A stretch of DNA of 64,000 nucleotides from an uncultured Bacilli bacterium (GTDB taxonomy: Bacteria; Bacillota_I; Bacilli_A; RF39; UBA660): contig CANRFQ010000001.1 of assembly GCA_947629935.1 (NCBI GenBank), forward strand, positions 95,042 through 159,041. The letters run 5' to 3'. Positions 28,668 through 38,127 of this stretch are shown here, piece by piece; the first letter of the stretch is position 1; every line of letters starts with the position of its first letter. Under the pieces are notes generated by a model that worked only from the letters and a program-made list of their open reading frames with translations, had not been told where the DNA came from and ran no database searches. Position numbers and translations under genes: made by a program.

Positions 28668-29744
28668 CTATTTTAAACTCGTTTCTATTAACTTTTTATT
28701 ACTAATTAATCTTTTATTATCGGGTTCTTTTTCCAAAGCTCTATTTACAAATATTAAAGCTAAATCATAAACTCCTAAATTAGCATAAGCTACTGATAGT
28801 AAGTCGTCGATAGTTGCATCCCAACTGGAAGGCTCATTTATATATGATTTATACTTATCTGTTATTTCTAAAGCTTTTAAACAATATTCTTTTACCTTAC
28901 TATAATTTTTTAATGAATTTTCTAGTAAAGCAGCTTCCACTAAAGGTTCCCGTAAATAAGGGGTTTCTTCCATTGCTTTCTGATACCACATTTTCGCTTC
29001 CTCAAATCTGTTTAAACCTATATAAGATCGAGCAATAAAACGCATTGAAGCACTTCTTTCGTCTTTCCAAGTCGCCGTTTTTAATTTTAAATGTTTGAGT
29101 AATGTTTCAATACATTTTTCGTGCATGCCATAAAACATGTATTCCCTTCCCAAATAATGCATATTCCGATCATCTTCAGGATCTTCTTCTACCGAAAGTT
29201 CTAGCAGTTTTAAATACTGCCCTCGTGATTTTGTAGAATCAGGATAATGATTTAGAGTAATATCATCGGTGGTAACAATTTTTTCGGGATACGCACATTT
29301 TAAAACTTCATGAACAGGATGAGTCCATGTATAGCCCTGTCTTTTATGGATTTTATCTATATAGAAATTTACAGCGGGATTGCCACTAGTATCAAAACTC
29401 CAATTATAATTATATCTAACTCGCGTATTATTTTTCCAAATATCTTCAAGCACCTGGCGCCAACCTGGTTCAAAAACCTCATCTAAATCCGTACACACAC
29501 AAATGTCAGCATCTTCGGTAACCAAGTCTAAAGATGCATTTCGCGCGACATCAAAACGCCAAGGATTAATTTCTTTAACCTCAACCTTAACTCCTAATTC
29601 TTTTAATTTGGCCACCGTATTATCAGTAGAACCAGTATCTAGTACACATATTTCATCTGCTTCTTTCATAGATTCATACCAACGACTAACAAACTTTTCT
29701 TCATTCTTAGTAATAGCATAGACACATATTTTATATTTACTCAT
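28668..29744 (-). CDS. family 2 glycosyltransferase with C-terminal TPR repeats
   Basis: N-terminal GT2 core (KICVYAITKNEEKFVSRWYESMKEADEICVLDTGSTDNT). The C-terminal half has TPR-like helical repeats. It lies immediately downstream of the collagen-like gene. Confidence 0.7.
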   Translation of the reverse strand: MSKYKICVYAITKNEEKFVSRWYESMKEADEICVLDTGSTDNTVAKLKELGVKVEVKEINPWRFDVARNASLDLVTEDADICVCTDLDEVFEPGWRQVLEDIWKNNTRVRYNYNWSFDTSGNPAVNFYIDKIHKRQGYTWTHPVHEVLKCAYPEKIVTTDDITLNHYPDSTKSRGQYLKLLELSVEEDPEDDRNMHYLGREYMFYGMHEKCIETLLKHLKLKTATWKDERSASMRFIARSYIGLNRFEEAKMWYQKAMEETPYLREPLVEAALLENSLKNYSKVKEYCLKALEITDKYKSYINEPSSWDATIDDLLSVAYANLGVYDLALIFVNRALEKEPDNKRLISNKKLIETSLK

Positions 29745-29791
29745 AGAACACCTCAATTCTATATATGAAAAAAGAACTAAAATAGTTCTTT

Positions 29792-30568
29792 TTAAGCATC
29801 AAGTTTACGAACATTTAAAGAAACAGTTTCAAAAGTTGCTGTTGGTGTTCCAGATCCTGCTGTTGCTGCTAATGTTATTACGTCATCAGCATTTAAAGAA
29901 ACAATAGTATTTCCACTTATTACTTGATTTTGAGCATTAGTAATATATTGTTCTACAGCAGTGCCAGGAATATCTGTACTATTCCTTTGAACTGATAAAG
30001 TCACGTCACCAGCTACACTTAAATCTGTTGAAGCACTAAAACTAATCGCATAAATACCAGGAGTGCCAATAATTATTGAATTAGTTCCATAAGTAACGCC
30101 TAAGGCTGGACCTTGAGTTTCAATAGGTACCGTTGTTGCCGAAGTACTTAATTGTTCAGTATCAGTTGTTGTATCATATAATCCACCGTAAGCATTTAAG
30201 CCATTTGCAGGACCAGTTGGACCGGTTGCTCCCGTTGGACCTTGTGGACCTATAGCACCAGCAGCTCCAGTTTCACCTGTTGCTCCAGTTGCTCCCGTTG
30301 GACCGATTGGGCCTTGGATTCCTTGTGGACCGGTTGGACCTATAGCTCCGACTAAACCTTGGATTCCTTGGGCTCCAGTTGGACCAGTTGGACCAGTTGG
30401 GCCGGTTGGACCGGTTGGGCCTGCTACACCAGTTGGACCAATAGGACCTTGAACGCCTTGAGGACCAGCGGCTCCTGTAGAACCTACAGGGCCTTGAATA
30501 CCTTGGATTCCTTGAACACCTTGAGGACCGGTTGGACCGAAAGGACCTTGTGGGCCTGTTGGGCCAGT
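29792..30568 (-). CDS. 3' segment of an interrupted BclA-like collagen-repeat glycoprotein gene (Gly-X-Y triple-helix region plus C-terminal globular domain)
   Basis: The open frame has no start codon. It begins [23 protein letters not shown]... and runs through about 43 Gly-X-Y triplets, then a ~130-aa non-repeat C-terminal domain ending ...[10 protein letters not shown]. An in-frame TGA sits immediately upstream. Confidence 0.7.
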   Translation of the reverse strand, partial: TGPTGPQGPFGPTGPQGVQGIQGIQGPVGSTGAAGPQGVQGPIGPTGVAGPTGPTGPTGPTGPTGAQGIQGLVGAIGPTGPQGIQGPIGPTGATGATGETGAAGAIGPQGPTGATGPTGPANGLNAYGGLYDTTTDTEQLSTSATTVPIETQGPALGVTYGTNSIIIGTPGIYAISFSASTDLSVAGDVTLSVQRNSTDIPGTAVEQYITNAQNQVISGNTIVSLNADDVITLAATAGSGTPTATFETVSLNVRKLDA

Positions 30569-30606
30569 TCATACAACTATAAGTGAAAGTACAACCTATT
30601 TTTTAA

Positions 30607-32193
30607 TCATTTACTTAATGGTTTTATTTTATAAAATATATTAACATTTTGGTTTTCATCAATCACGATTTTGTCAATTAATGATGATAAAAGTTTTTTA
30701 CTAGGTTGCTTTAAAGATAAAAACTCTTTAATTATGTTTGTATATCTTAAATTATCTTTATTAGCCACTTTATTTTTAATAGCATATAACTTTGTTTCGA
30801 TTTCATTTGCTTTTTTCTTGAAGTCTAATGTTTCATTTGTAAAATCGTTATATTGCCTTTTAAACATTTCGTCATCTATTAACCCTCTCAACTTATCTTT
30901 ATATAGCTTATCAATGTATATTGTTTGCGTTTTTATATCATTTTTTATTTTAGTTAGTTGTTTTTCTAAATCTAATTGTATTTTATTCATTTTATCATTA
31001 TTTTTGAGCAATTCTTCAAAATTACTTGTCTTTAAATATTCATTACATTTCTTTTTAATATCCTTTAATATTTCAGTTTCTAACTCATTATAATCAACTT
31101 TATGGGGAGTACATACATTATATTTCGAAAACTTTTTCCAAAAGTTACAATAACAGATGTTTTTTGTTTTTTTTACTCCATTACAGCTCCATTTTGCTTG
31201 GCCTATGGAAATTGTGTGACCACACTCTTTACATACTAGAAAGCCCCTTAAAAGATATTCTAATGAGTTATCAGTTCTATTTTTATTTTTAGCGTACATA
31301 GCTTGAACGATATTAAAAGTTTCTTCATCGATAATAGCAGGACAAGCCCCTTTTGCTATAATCCAATTTTTTCTATCATTTTTTTTCCTTTTCTTTGATT
31401 TATAACTAATTTTATACTCACGACATTGTGTTAAATCTCCCATATATGTAGGATTTGTAAGTATATCACTTATGGTTGTTTCTTGCCATACCCCATATAC
31501 ACTTGATTTAACACCACGATTCAGATTTTTTTGTATGCTTGGTATAGGTACATTTTCATCAGTTAGTAAGTTCGCAATTTTTTTAACTCCTATACCATTT
31601 ATGAATAAATCATATATTCTTCTAACTATGGTTGCTTGTTCTTCATTTATAACAAGTTCATGCTTATCATATGGTAAATTTCTTTCATAGCCATAAGGTG
31701 CTATACCACCCATAAACTTGCCGTTTCTTTTTTGAGAGTTTAAAGTTGCTTTGATTTTAGTAGATATATCTTTTACATACATTTCATTATAAAATGCCTT
31801 AAACATTAACATATCAGTATTTTGGGATTTATCAAATGTGTCTATTCCATCAGTTAATGCAATATATCTTACATTTTTTTCTTGAAAATATTCAGTTGAA
31901 TAGTATAAACTTTGGGATATATTGCGTCCCAAACGGCTCGTATCTTTGGTAATAACCATATTTATTTTACCATTCTCTATATCTTCAATTAGCCTATTCC
32001 AACCGTTTCTATCAAACTCAGTACCACTCACGCCATCATCAATATATTCGTTAATAAATGTTAAATTGTTTTGTATAATATAATTCATTATATAATCTCT
32101 TTGGTTGCTGATGCTTTGACTTTCATCATCTTTTTCATCATCTCGAGATAATCTTAAGTATATACCTACTTTGTATGTTTCCATTTTATTCAT
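30607..32193 (-). CDS. large serine recombinase (SpoIVCA/phage-integrase type)
   Basis: Resolvase-type catalytic N-terminus (VGIYLRLSRDDEKDDESQSISNQRDY), recombinase domain, zinc ribbon (CKECGHT...CNGVKKTKNICYC) and C-terminal coiled coil. The start was placed at MNKMETYK, which has SD AGAGGAAAG. Confidence 0.85.
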   Translation of the reverse strand: MNKMETYKVGIYLRLSRDDEKDDESQSISNQRDYIMNYIIQNNLTFINEYIDDGVSGTEFDRNGWNRLIEDIENGKINMVITKDTSRLGRNISQSLYYSTEYFQEKNVRYIALTDGIDTFDKSQNTDMLMFKAFYNEMYVKDISTKIKATLNSQKRNGKFMGGIAPYGYERNLPYDKHELVINEEQATIVRRIYDLFINGIGVKKIANLLTDENVPIPSIQKNLNRGVKSSVYGVWQETTISDILTNPTYMGDLTQCREYKISYKSKKRKKNDRKNWIIAKGACPAIIDEETFNIVQAMYAKNKNRTDNSLEYLLRGFLVCKECGHTISIGQAKWSCNGVKKTKNICYCNFWKKFSKYNVCTPHKVDYNELETEILKDIKKKCNEYLKTSNFEELLKNNDKMNKIQLDLEKQLTKIKNDIKTQTIYIDKLYKDKLRGLIDDEMFKRQYNDFTNETLDFKKKANEIETKLYAIKNKVANKDNLRYTNIIKEFLSLKQPSKKLLSSLIDKIVIDENQNVNIFYKIKPLSK

Positions 32194-32439
32194 AATTTTC
32201 TTTCCTCTATTTTTATTTTGTAATATTATTTTCGTTATAAAATATAAGCAAAAATTGTTCCATAATAGCTTGTAATGTTTTACCATTTTCATCAAATGTA
32301 CTTGTTATTTTCATAAGTTCACCTATTTAAACTTATGCTAAATTAATTTTTTATTTTCATAATATTCAAAATTATGAAAACAATGTTATAATAAATTTAA
32401 TAAATAGATGATTTTCAAAATTGAAAGTGAGTTGAAACC

Positions 32440-33042
32440 ATGAATATCGCTGCCATAATTGCAATGTTAATAATGATAATATCTTTTCTCCTTTTTTTTA
32501 TTTTTATATTTATAAAATTTTATAAAATAAAAAATAAAAGTAATGGTTATAAAAAAATCAGAGGAAAATGTGTAGATTATAATAAAGTATTTATGAAAAA
32601 TTCTATAAGTGATGTTGGTGAATGGCGCAAATATCCTATTGTCATTTACGAAGTAGACAATCGACAATATCAAGTTACAGGCCAAACTGCTTACGGACTA
32701 GGGACACCACTAAAAAATATAAAATTTACAGTATTTTATAATCCAAATGATCCTAATGATGCAATTCTAGCCGATCAACATAGATGGTTTCTCATTATAC
32801 TTATAGGACTGTTACTTGGAATTGTATGTATCCTATACTTTTTAATAAATAATTTAATTTTAGGTAACAATATGAAAATTTATACATATCAAATAAAATG
32901 TAATTACAAAGGCTATGTTTATGACGAAATAGAAGAAACAGAGGCCAAATCCAGGGATGAAGCTTTAAATTTAATTAAGGAAAAATACAAAAATTGGCCT
33001 GCAACGTGTGAATTTGAAGAAGTTAATAAATATACAGATTAG
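32440..33042 (+). CDS. membrane protein (DUF3592-like) carried on the intervening element
   Basis: 200 aa. An N-terminal TM helix, a beta-rich middle and a second TM helix. Confidence 0.45.
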   Translation: MNIAAIIAMLIMIISFLLFFIFIFIKFYKIKNKSNGYKKIRGKCVDYNKVFMKNSISDVGEWRKYPIVIYEVDNRQYQVTGQTAYGLGTPLKNIKFTVFYNPNDPNDAILADQHRWFLIILIGLLLGIVCILYFLINNLILGNNMKIYTYQIKCNYKGYVYDEIEETEAKSRDEALNLIKEKYKNWPATCEFEEVNKYTD

Positions 33043-33164
33043 ATAATAAAAAAGCAATATTATTTCTTGAATTTCCGACGTTAAATACCCAAATGTAAGT
33101 TTTAAATGTTGATAAGCAAAAATAAGGCTATAGTATTTTAAAGATTTTATATCTTCTTATAATC

Positions 33165-33284
33165 TTAATTACTTTCACTTTTAAGAGCATGAGTTGGACC
33201 GGTTGGACCACTTACACTACCGGTTGGACCCGTAGGATTACATTGACTACATGTTTGGCGATTATAAATTAATCCATTATTCAT
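33165..33284 (-). CDS. 5' segment of the interrupted collagen-like gene (N-terminal domain plus first Gly-X-Y triplets, terminated early by element sequence)
   Basis: Translation is MNNGLIYNRQTCSQCNPTGPTGSVSGPTGPT. The frame then reads into element DNA (HALKSESN*). The first 31 codons end exactly at the AACT core. Confidence 0.55.
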   Translation of the reverse strand: MNNGLIYNRQTCSQCNPTGPTGSVSGPTGPTHALKSESN

Positions 33285-33307
33285 TTTTTCACATCCATTC
33301 TAATATT

Positions 33308-33335
33308 AATTTATGTGAGATATTAAAAATGCGTT
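33308..33335 (-). promoter_or_regulatory. candidate sigma-K-like (late mother-cell) promoter of the collagen-like gene
   Basis: Minus-strand AC, 16 nt, then CATAAATTA, matching the AC-16/17-CATAnnnTA consensus about 25 nt upstream of the ATG. Low specificity in AT-rich DNA. Confidence 0.3.
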
Positions 33336-33580
33336 AATAAAAAAATCTAGAAGTTTTCTAGTTATTTGCTCTTTACAATTCAATTAACAAAATCATATCT
33401 TAATAGTGAAAGAAGTTTTACTTCTTTTATACACTATCCATAAATCATATTATTCCTTACCTTTTAAACCTTTTATACTATATATTATGATATTTAATTT
33501 TTTTTGTTAAATATCATAATTTTTTTATTTTTTAATAAAAATATGTTACAATATGACCCATTAAGAAGGGAAAATAGTTT

Positions 33581-34810
33581 ATGAAAGAACAAGAATTAAA
33601 TTATATAAAAAAGTTAATCGATAAAGATGTAGCTAATAATGATCAAGAAAGCTTAGAAAAATTAAAAAATTATTTAACTAAGAAACTTTCAATTTTCGTT
33701 TATAATAATCCCGATATATTAAATTTAAATTTAATAACATTTTTAAAAAATGAAATTACCAAAATTAATATTCCTAGGAAAATTAAAATTTATACCCTAT
33801 GTAATCATTTAGCTAAATATTATAATATTCCTGCTCCAAATGTTCTTGTAAAACATCTCATAGAAGTGGATTTAACTTGGCTATTACAACAAAGCCATAT
33901 TGGACCTCAGACAATTATCACTTTAAATATAATTTTAAATCAATATAACTTTAGTTTAAAAGATATTTCGCCTCAAATTATTAATACAATATCTTTAAAA
34001 CAATTATTAATAATGGATGGTCAGAACGATAATTTAACCCAAATAATTCTCGAAGAATTATCTTCCTACTGGCAAATTTCTAAAGATTTAATAACAGTAA
34101 ATAAATTATGTTACTTAAATCTTAACGATCCTTTTGTCCAAAATGCTTTGGATAAAAATGTCATAACTTATTTAAATGAATTATTTCAAAAATATCATAT
34201 TGAATATAAAGGAAATCCGGTTAAATTCCAAAAAGATATACTAAATTTAGACCTAAATAATTTTCTCCAAATTGAAAGTAAGCACCCAAATTTTAAAGGT
34301 ATATTACATATTAGTGGTATTATTGATGCAGTTGGTACTTATCGTCACATTCCTAACAATATGACTAAAGTTTATGATTTAATCGGTATTAACCTTGATT
34401 GCTTTAAAAATAGTAATAATATTGGTATTAAAACAATTAATTATTTAGAGCACATTTTAAATAAATATGGCTTAAGTTTAACATCAACAAATGACACAAT
34501 TAGTAATTTACAAAGTCAAAGGGATAATTTAGAACTAGATATCCTAAATTGGAATTTAGAAAAATTTATTATTAATCATATTCCCGCCAATAAACAACAG
34601 TACTTAAAATATTTACTACCTGATTTTAAAAAGGCAATAATAGCAACGCTCAATAAAGATAATCAAGATATTACAGTTCAGGATGCAATTGACGCTATGA
34701 AGATGAATTTAGATATACCTATCGGAATAATAAAAGTGTTTAAAAAAAGTTTAAAGCGTTATGAAAACTCTATTTTACAAGAACAGATTACTTATTCATT
34801 AAAAGCATAA
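33581..34810 (+). CDS. hypothetical protein
   Basis: 409-aa soluble ORF with no recognisable motif. SD GAAGGGAAAA lies upstream. Confidence 0.5.
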   Translation: MKEQELNYIKKLIDKDVANNDQESLEKLKNYLTKKLSIFVYNNPDILNLNLITFLKNEITKINIPRKIKIYTLCNHLAKYYNIPAPNVLVKHLIEVDLTWLLQQSHIGPQTIITLNIILNQYNFSLKDISPQIINTISLKQLLIMDGQNDNLTQIILEELSSYWQISKDLITVNKLCYLNLNDPFVQNALDKNVITYLNELFQKYHIEYKGNPVKFQKDILNLDLNNFLQIESKHPNFKGILHISGIIDAVGTYRHIPNNMTKVYDLIGINLDCFKNSNNIGIKTINYLEHILNKYGLSLTSTNDTISNLQSQRDNLELDILNWNLEKFIINHIPANKQQYLKYLLPDFKKAIIATLNKDNQDITVQDAIDAMKMNLDIPIGIIKVFKKSLKRYENSILQEQITYSLKA

Positions 34811-34864
34811 AAGCCCACTCTCCCAAGATGAATATACATACCATAATTATAGGGGGTTATTGGT

Positions 34865-35665
34865 GTGTTAGAATTTCTTAATAATATAAACCCTATAATA
34901 GCAGCATTGTTAGCAACCCTATTTACTTATGCTATAACCGTTTTGGGAGCAGCTTTAGTTTTCTTTTTTAAAAAAATTAATAAAAACTTCATGGATGCCA
35001 TGTTAGGTTTTGCTGCCGGAGTTATGGTAGCGGCCTCTTTCTTTTCGCTATTAGCTCCTTCTATTGAAATGGCTAATAGTTTAAAAATGAATTCTTGGTT
35101 AACAGCTTTCTTAGGGTTCTTTAGTGGCGGAGTGCTACTTTTCATTGGTGATAAAATATACGACTATTTTATGAGTAAAAAGAAAAAAGAAAAATCTTCA
35201 AGTCTAAAACGGTGTCTAATGCTTGTATCTTCTATATCTCTTCACAATATTCCCGAAGGCATGGCCGTCGGTGTGGCCTTTGGCTCTTTAGCTTATAATT
35301 TAAACGGAGCAACACCCCTAGCGGCGATTATTTTAGCTTTTGGGATAGGTTTACAAAATTTTCCAGAAGGAACTGCCGTTTCTGTTCCTTTAAGAAGAGA
35401 AGGTTTTTCGCGCAAAAGAGCATTTTTCTGGGGACAATTTAGTGGTATTGTCGAACCGATTGCGGGGGTAATTGGGGCTCTACTTGTTTTAAAAATTAGA
35501 ATTATTTTACCATTTCTTCTTGCCTTTGCGGCCGGAGCCATGATATATGTCGTAGTTCAAGAACTTATCCCTGAAAGCCAAACAAATGAAAAAAAAGACC
35601 TTATGGCCTTATTTACTTTAATTGGTTTTTCCGTAATGATGATTCTAGATGTTGCTTTAGGTTAA
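34865..35665 (+). CDS. ZIP-family divalent metal transporter (ZupT-like)
   Basis: TM protein with LHNIPEGMAVG and LQNFPEGTAVS motifs characteristic of the ZIP family. Confidence 0.7.
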   Translation: MLEFLNNINPIIAALLATLFTYAITVLGAALVFFFKKINKNFMDAMLGFAAGVMVAASFFSLLAPSIEMANSLKMNSWLTAFLGFFSGGVLLFIGDKIYDYFMSKKKKEKSSSLKRCLMLVSSISLHNIPEGMAVGVAFGSLAYNLNGATPLAAIILAFGIGLQNFPEGTAVSVPLRREGFSRKRAFFWGQFSGIVEPIAGVIGALLVLKIRIILPFLLAFAAGAMIYVVVQELIPESQTNEKKDLMALFTLIGFSVMMILDVALG

Positions 35666-35672
35666 AATCTCT

Positions 35673-36581
35673 TTAAGAGATTTTTTTAGATGCTTCTTTA
35701 ATTATTTTTAGGGATTTTGCTAGCTCCTTTTTTTCAGGATTTGTTAAATCTAGGTTCTTTCTTTCAACTACGCCATGTTTTCCTAAAACAACCGGATAGC
35801 TATAATAAACATCTTCTTGCACATCATAAACTGAAAGCATTACTTCTTCTTTTTGATCATTTATAACTATTTGTGTTATCTCTGCCAAACAAGTGCCAAT
35901 TGCCCAAGAGGAAAAACCTTTAGTATAAAGTAATTCATATCCAACATTTCTCACCATTTTTTCGATGCTTTTAAGCTCCTTTTCATTTAGATATTCAGTT
36001 ACTTTTTTATTATCAATATAGCACTTGCCCCAAGGAATCGTCGCGCTATCACCATGTTCTCCTAGCACATAAGCAGAAATTTTCATATATGAGGCATTTA
36101 ACTGTTTATGTAAATAGTATTTTAAACGAGCGGTATCTAAAAAAGTCCCACTACCTATTACTTGATTTGCTTCCAAATTACTCTCTTTATAAATTTCCCA
36201 AGTAATAACATCTAAAGGATTAGTAGCATTTAAAATAATCCCATTAAAATTATGAGCCATTATATTACTGATTATATCTTTTATAATTTTACTATTTTTG
36301 GTTAATAAATCTAAGCGTGTCTGCCCAATATCTTGATTAGCCCCCGCACTTATAACAATAATGTTGGCATTTTGGCAATCTTGATAATCACCTAAATGAA
36401 TGTCAATATCCAAGTCAAGAAATGGTAAAGTATGATTAAAATCTAAAACTTCTCCTTTTACCTTTTCTTTATTTAAATCAATAATAGCAATTTCTTGGAT
36501 ATTTATTTTTTGATTTAAAAGAGCATGAATATAACTAGTACCGACATTACCACAGCCAATAACCACAATTTTATTTTGCAT
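35673..36581 (-). CDS. ldh: L-lactate dehydrogenase
   Basis: N-terminal Rossmann fold (KIVVIGCGNVGTS), substrate loop (AGANQDIGQTRLDLL) and the catalytic GEHGDS motif. Confidence 0.85.
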   Translation of the reverse strand: MQNKIVVIGCGNVGTSYIHALLNQKINIQEIAIIDLNKEKVKGEVLDFNHTLPFLDLDIDIHLGDYQDCQNANIIVISAGANQDIGQTRLDLLTKNSKIIKDIISNIMAHNFNGIILNATNPLDVITWEIYKESNLEANQVIGSGTFLDTARLKYYLHKQLNASYMKISAYVLGEHGDSATIPWGKCYIDNKKVTEYLNEKELKSIEKMVRNVGYELLYTKGFSSWAIGTCLAEITQIVINDQKEEVMLSVYDVQEDVYYSYPVVLGKHGVVERKNLDLTNPEKKELAKSLKIIKEASKKIS

Positions 36582-36644
36582 ATAATCACCAATTTTAATA
36601 TGTTAAAAATATTAAATTTTATAACTAATTTAGCAAAAGATTCC

Positions 36645-36672
36645 TTGCATAATAATTTAATTATGTTACAAT
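36645..36672 (+). promoter_or_regulatory. sigma-A type promoter of prs
   Basis: TTGCAT, a 16-nt spacer, then TACAAT. AAGGTAGG SD lies before the ATG at 36700. Confidence 0.4.
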
Positions 36673-36699
36673 CAAATTGAAGGTAGGTAGTTTGGTAGT

Positions 36700-37788
36700 A
36701 TGAAGAGTATTGACGATTTAAAATTAATTGTTTTAGACAATTGTAAAGAATTTGGTGAGAAAGTAGACAAGCATTTGCAAAAGATCCGTAAAGCAAAAAA
36801 TAGTTATATTGTTCCGGTTTGTTTAACAAGATTTAATAATGGAGAAGCAAAAGCTTGCATTAAAAATAGTATTCGGGGTAAAGATGTCTATATTATAAGT
36901 GATATTGGTAATTATAGTTGTACATATAAGATGTTTGATTTTACAAATCATTATAGTCCCGATGATCATTATCAAGATATTAAAAGAATTATTTTATCAA
37001 CAATGGGTCATGCTAAAAGCGTCAATGTTGTTATGCCTTTAATGTATGAAGCTAGACAACATAGACGAAAATCAAGAGAATCTCTAGATTGTGCCCAAGC
37101 CTTGCAAGAATTAAATCATTTAGGAGTTAAAGGCATTATAACTTTCGATGTACATGATCCCAATATTCAAAATGCAATTCCTAACTTGCCTTGCGACAAC
37201 TTTTATACTACTAATGATACTTTAAGAGAATTTTTAGAAAATGAAACAATTAATAAAGAAGAATTATTAGTAGTATCTCCGGACATGGGTGCTATGGAAC
37301 GTGCTAGATATTTAGCGGAAATTTTAAAAGTTGATGTTGGCATGTTTTATAAAAGACGTGATTTATCCAAAATAGTTGATGGCAAAAATCCGGTTGTTGC
37401 TCATGAATATTTAGGAAAAAATGTTAAAGATAAAGATATCATCATCGTTGATGATATGATAGCTAGTGGTGGATCTATCATTGATGTTGCTGAAGAGCTA
37501 AAAAGAAAAAAAGCTCGAAAGATATATTGCTTTGCCACTTATAGTTTATTTACGAGAGGTTATGAAATTTTTGATGATGCTTATAATAAAGGAGTAATCG
37601 ACAAAATATATACTTCAAACCTCTCATACATCCCCGAAATAATTAAAGAAAAACCTTGGATTCATATCGTTGACTGTTCTTTATATATGGCTAGTATTAT
37701 TGATACTTTAAATAAAGATGAATCAATTACTGATTTAATAGAGTATAATTCCGCACGATATAATTTTTATAAACATGATACTGATTAG
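36700..37788 (+). CDS. prs: ribose-phosphate pyrophosphokinase-like (PRPP synthetase family) with C-terminal extension
   Basis: Prs-like N-domain (RFNNGEAKACIKNSIRGKDVYIIS) and PRTase motif (IIIVDDMIASGGS). Confidence 0.65.
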   Translation: MKSIDDLKLIVLDNCKEFGEKVDKHLQKIRKAKNSYIVPVCLTRFNNGEAKACIKNSIRGKDVYIISDIGNYSCTYKMFDFTNHYSPDDHYQDIKRIILSTMGHAKSVNVVMPLMYEARQHRRKSRESLDCAQALQELNHLGVKGIITFDVHDPNIQNAIPNLPCDNFYTTNDTLREFLENETINKEELLVVSPDMGAMERARYLAEILKVDVGMFYKRRDLSKIVDGKNPVVAHEYLGKNVKDKDIIIVDDMIASGGSIIDVAEELKRKKARKIYCFATYSLFTRGYEIFDDAYNKGVIDKIYTSNLSYIPEIIKEKPWIHIVDCSLYMASIIDTLNKDESITDLIEYNSARYNFYKHDTD

Positions 37789-37810
37789 AAAGCTTTGGCT
37801 TTCTTTTTAT
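37788..37810 (+). terminator. prs terminator
   Basis: GAAAGC-TTTG-GCTTTC hairpin followed by TTTTTATT. Confidence 0.55.
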
Positions 37811-37871
37811 TAGATATAAGCACAGTTCTAATTTATATATTTTCATAAAATACTATAGGAGGTTAAATACT

Positions 37872-38078
37872 ATGAAAAAAGGAATAGATAACCTTTTTCT
37901 AATAGTTGCACTTCTTTATATTATATCTGCTTTTAGTGGAGCTTTAGCCGGCTATGTTGTTGGCGATTTTATCAATAAACTAGTGAACTGTACTGTCTGT
38001 GGTTTTTTTATAGGTATAAGTTTAGGCATGATATTTCACTACATTCTTCTGAAAATAAATAAAAAATTCATTGATTAG
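37872..38078 (+). CDS. small membrane protein
   Basis: 68 aa with 2 TM helices. AGGAGG SD upstream. Confidence 0.4.
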   Translation: MKKGIDNLFLIVALLYIISAFSGALAGYVVGDFINKLVNCTVCGFFIGISLGMIFHYILLKINKKFID

Positions 38079-38127
38079 AAGTTTTAAAACTTCTAATTTT
38101 TTTGTATAATTGTATTAAGGAGGAGAA

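Larger units (their letters stand above)
30566..33195 (-). mobile_element. 2.6-kb intervening (skin-like) element inserted in the collagen-like gene
   Basis: Bounded by a 4-bp direct repeat AACT (minus strand; + strand AGTT at 30566-30569 and 33192-33195). Imperfect terminal inverted repeats share AAGTGAAAGTA. It carries a large serine recombinase and one membrane protein. Deleting it fuses the two collagen ORF halves in frame. Confidence 0.6.

Noticed and set aside
30273-30572. 99-aa [20 protein letters not shown]... starting at an ATG
   Set aside because: It is the collagen Gly-X-Y repeat DNA read in the wrong frame (Pro/Asn/Arg/Ser-rich nonsense). The ATG lies in element-derived sequence. 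The real coding frame is the start-less Gly-X-Y frame restored by element excision.
30359-30586. 75-aa + strand ORF over the collagen repeats
   Set aside because: Antisense reading of the periodic GGN-CCN repeat. No start context.
36515-36829. 104-aa minus-strand ORF
   Set aside because: It overlaps the 3' end of ldh, the prs promoter and the prs start. No SD. Judged spurious.
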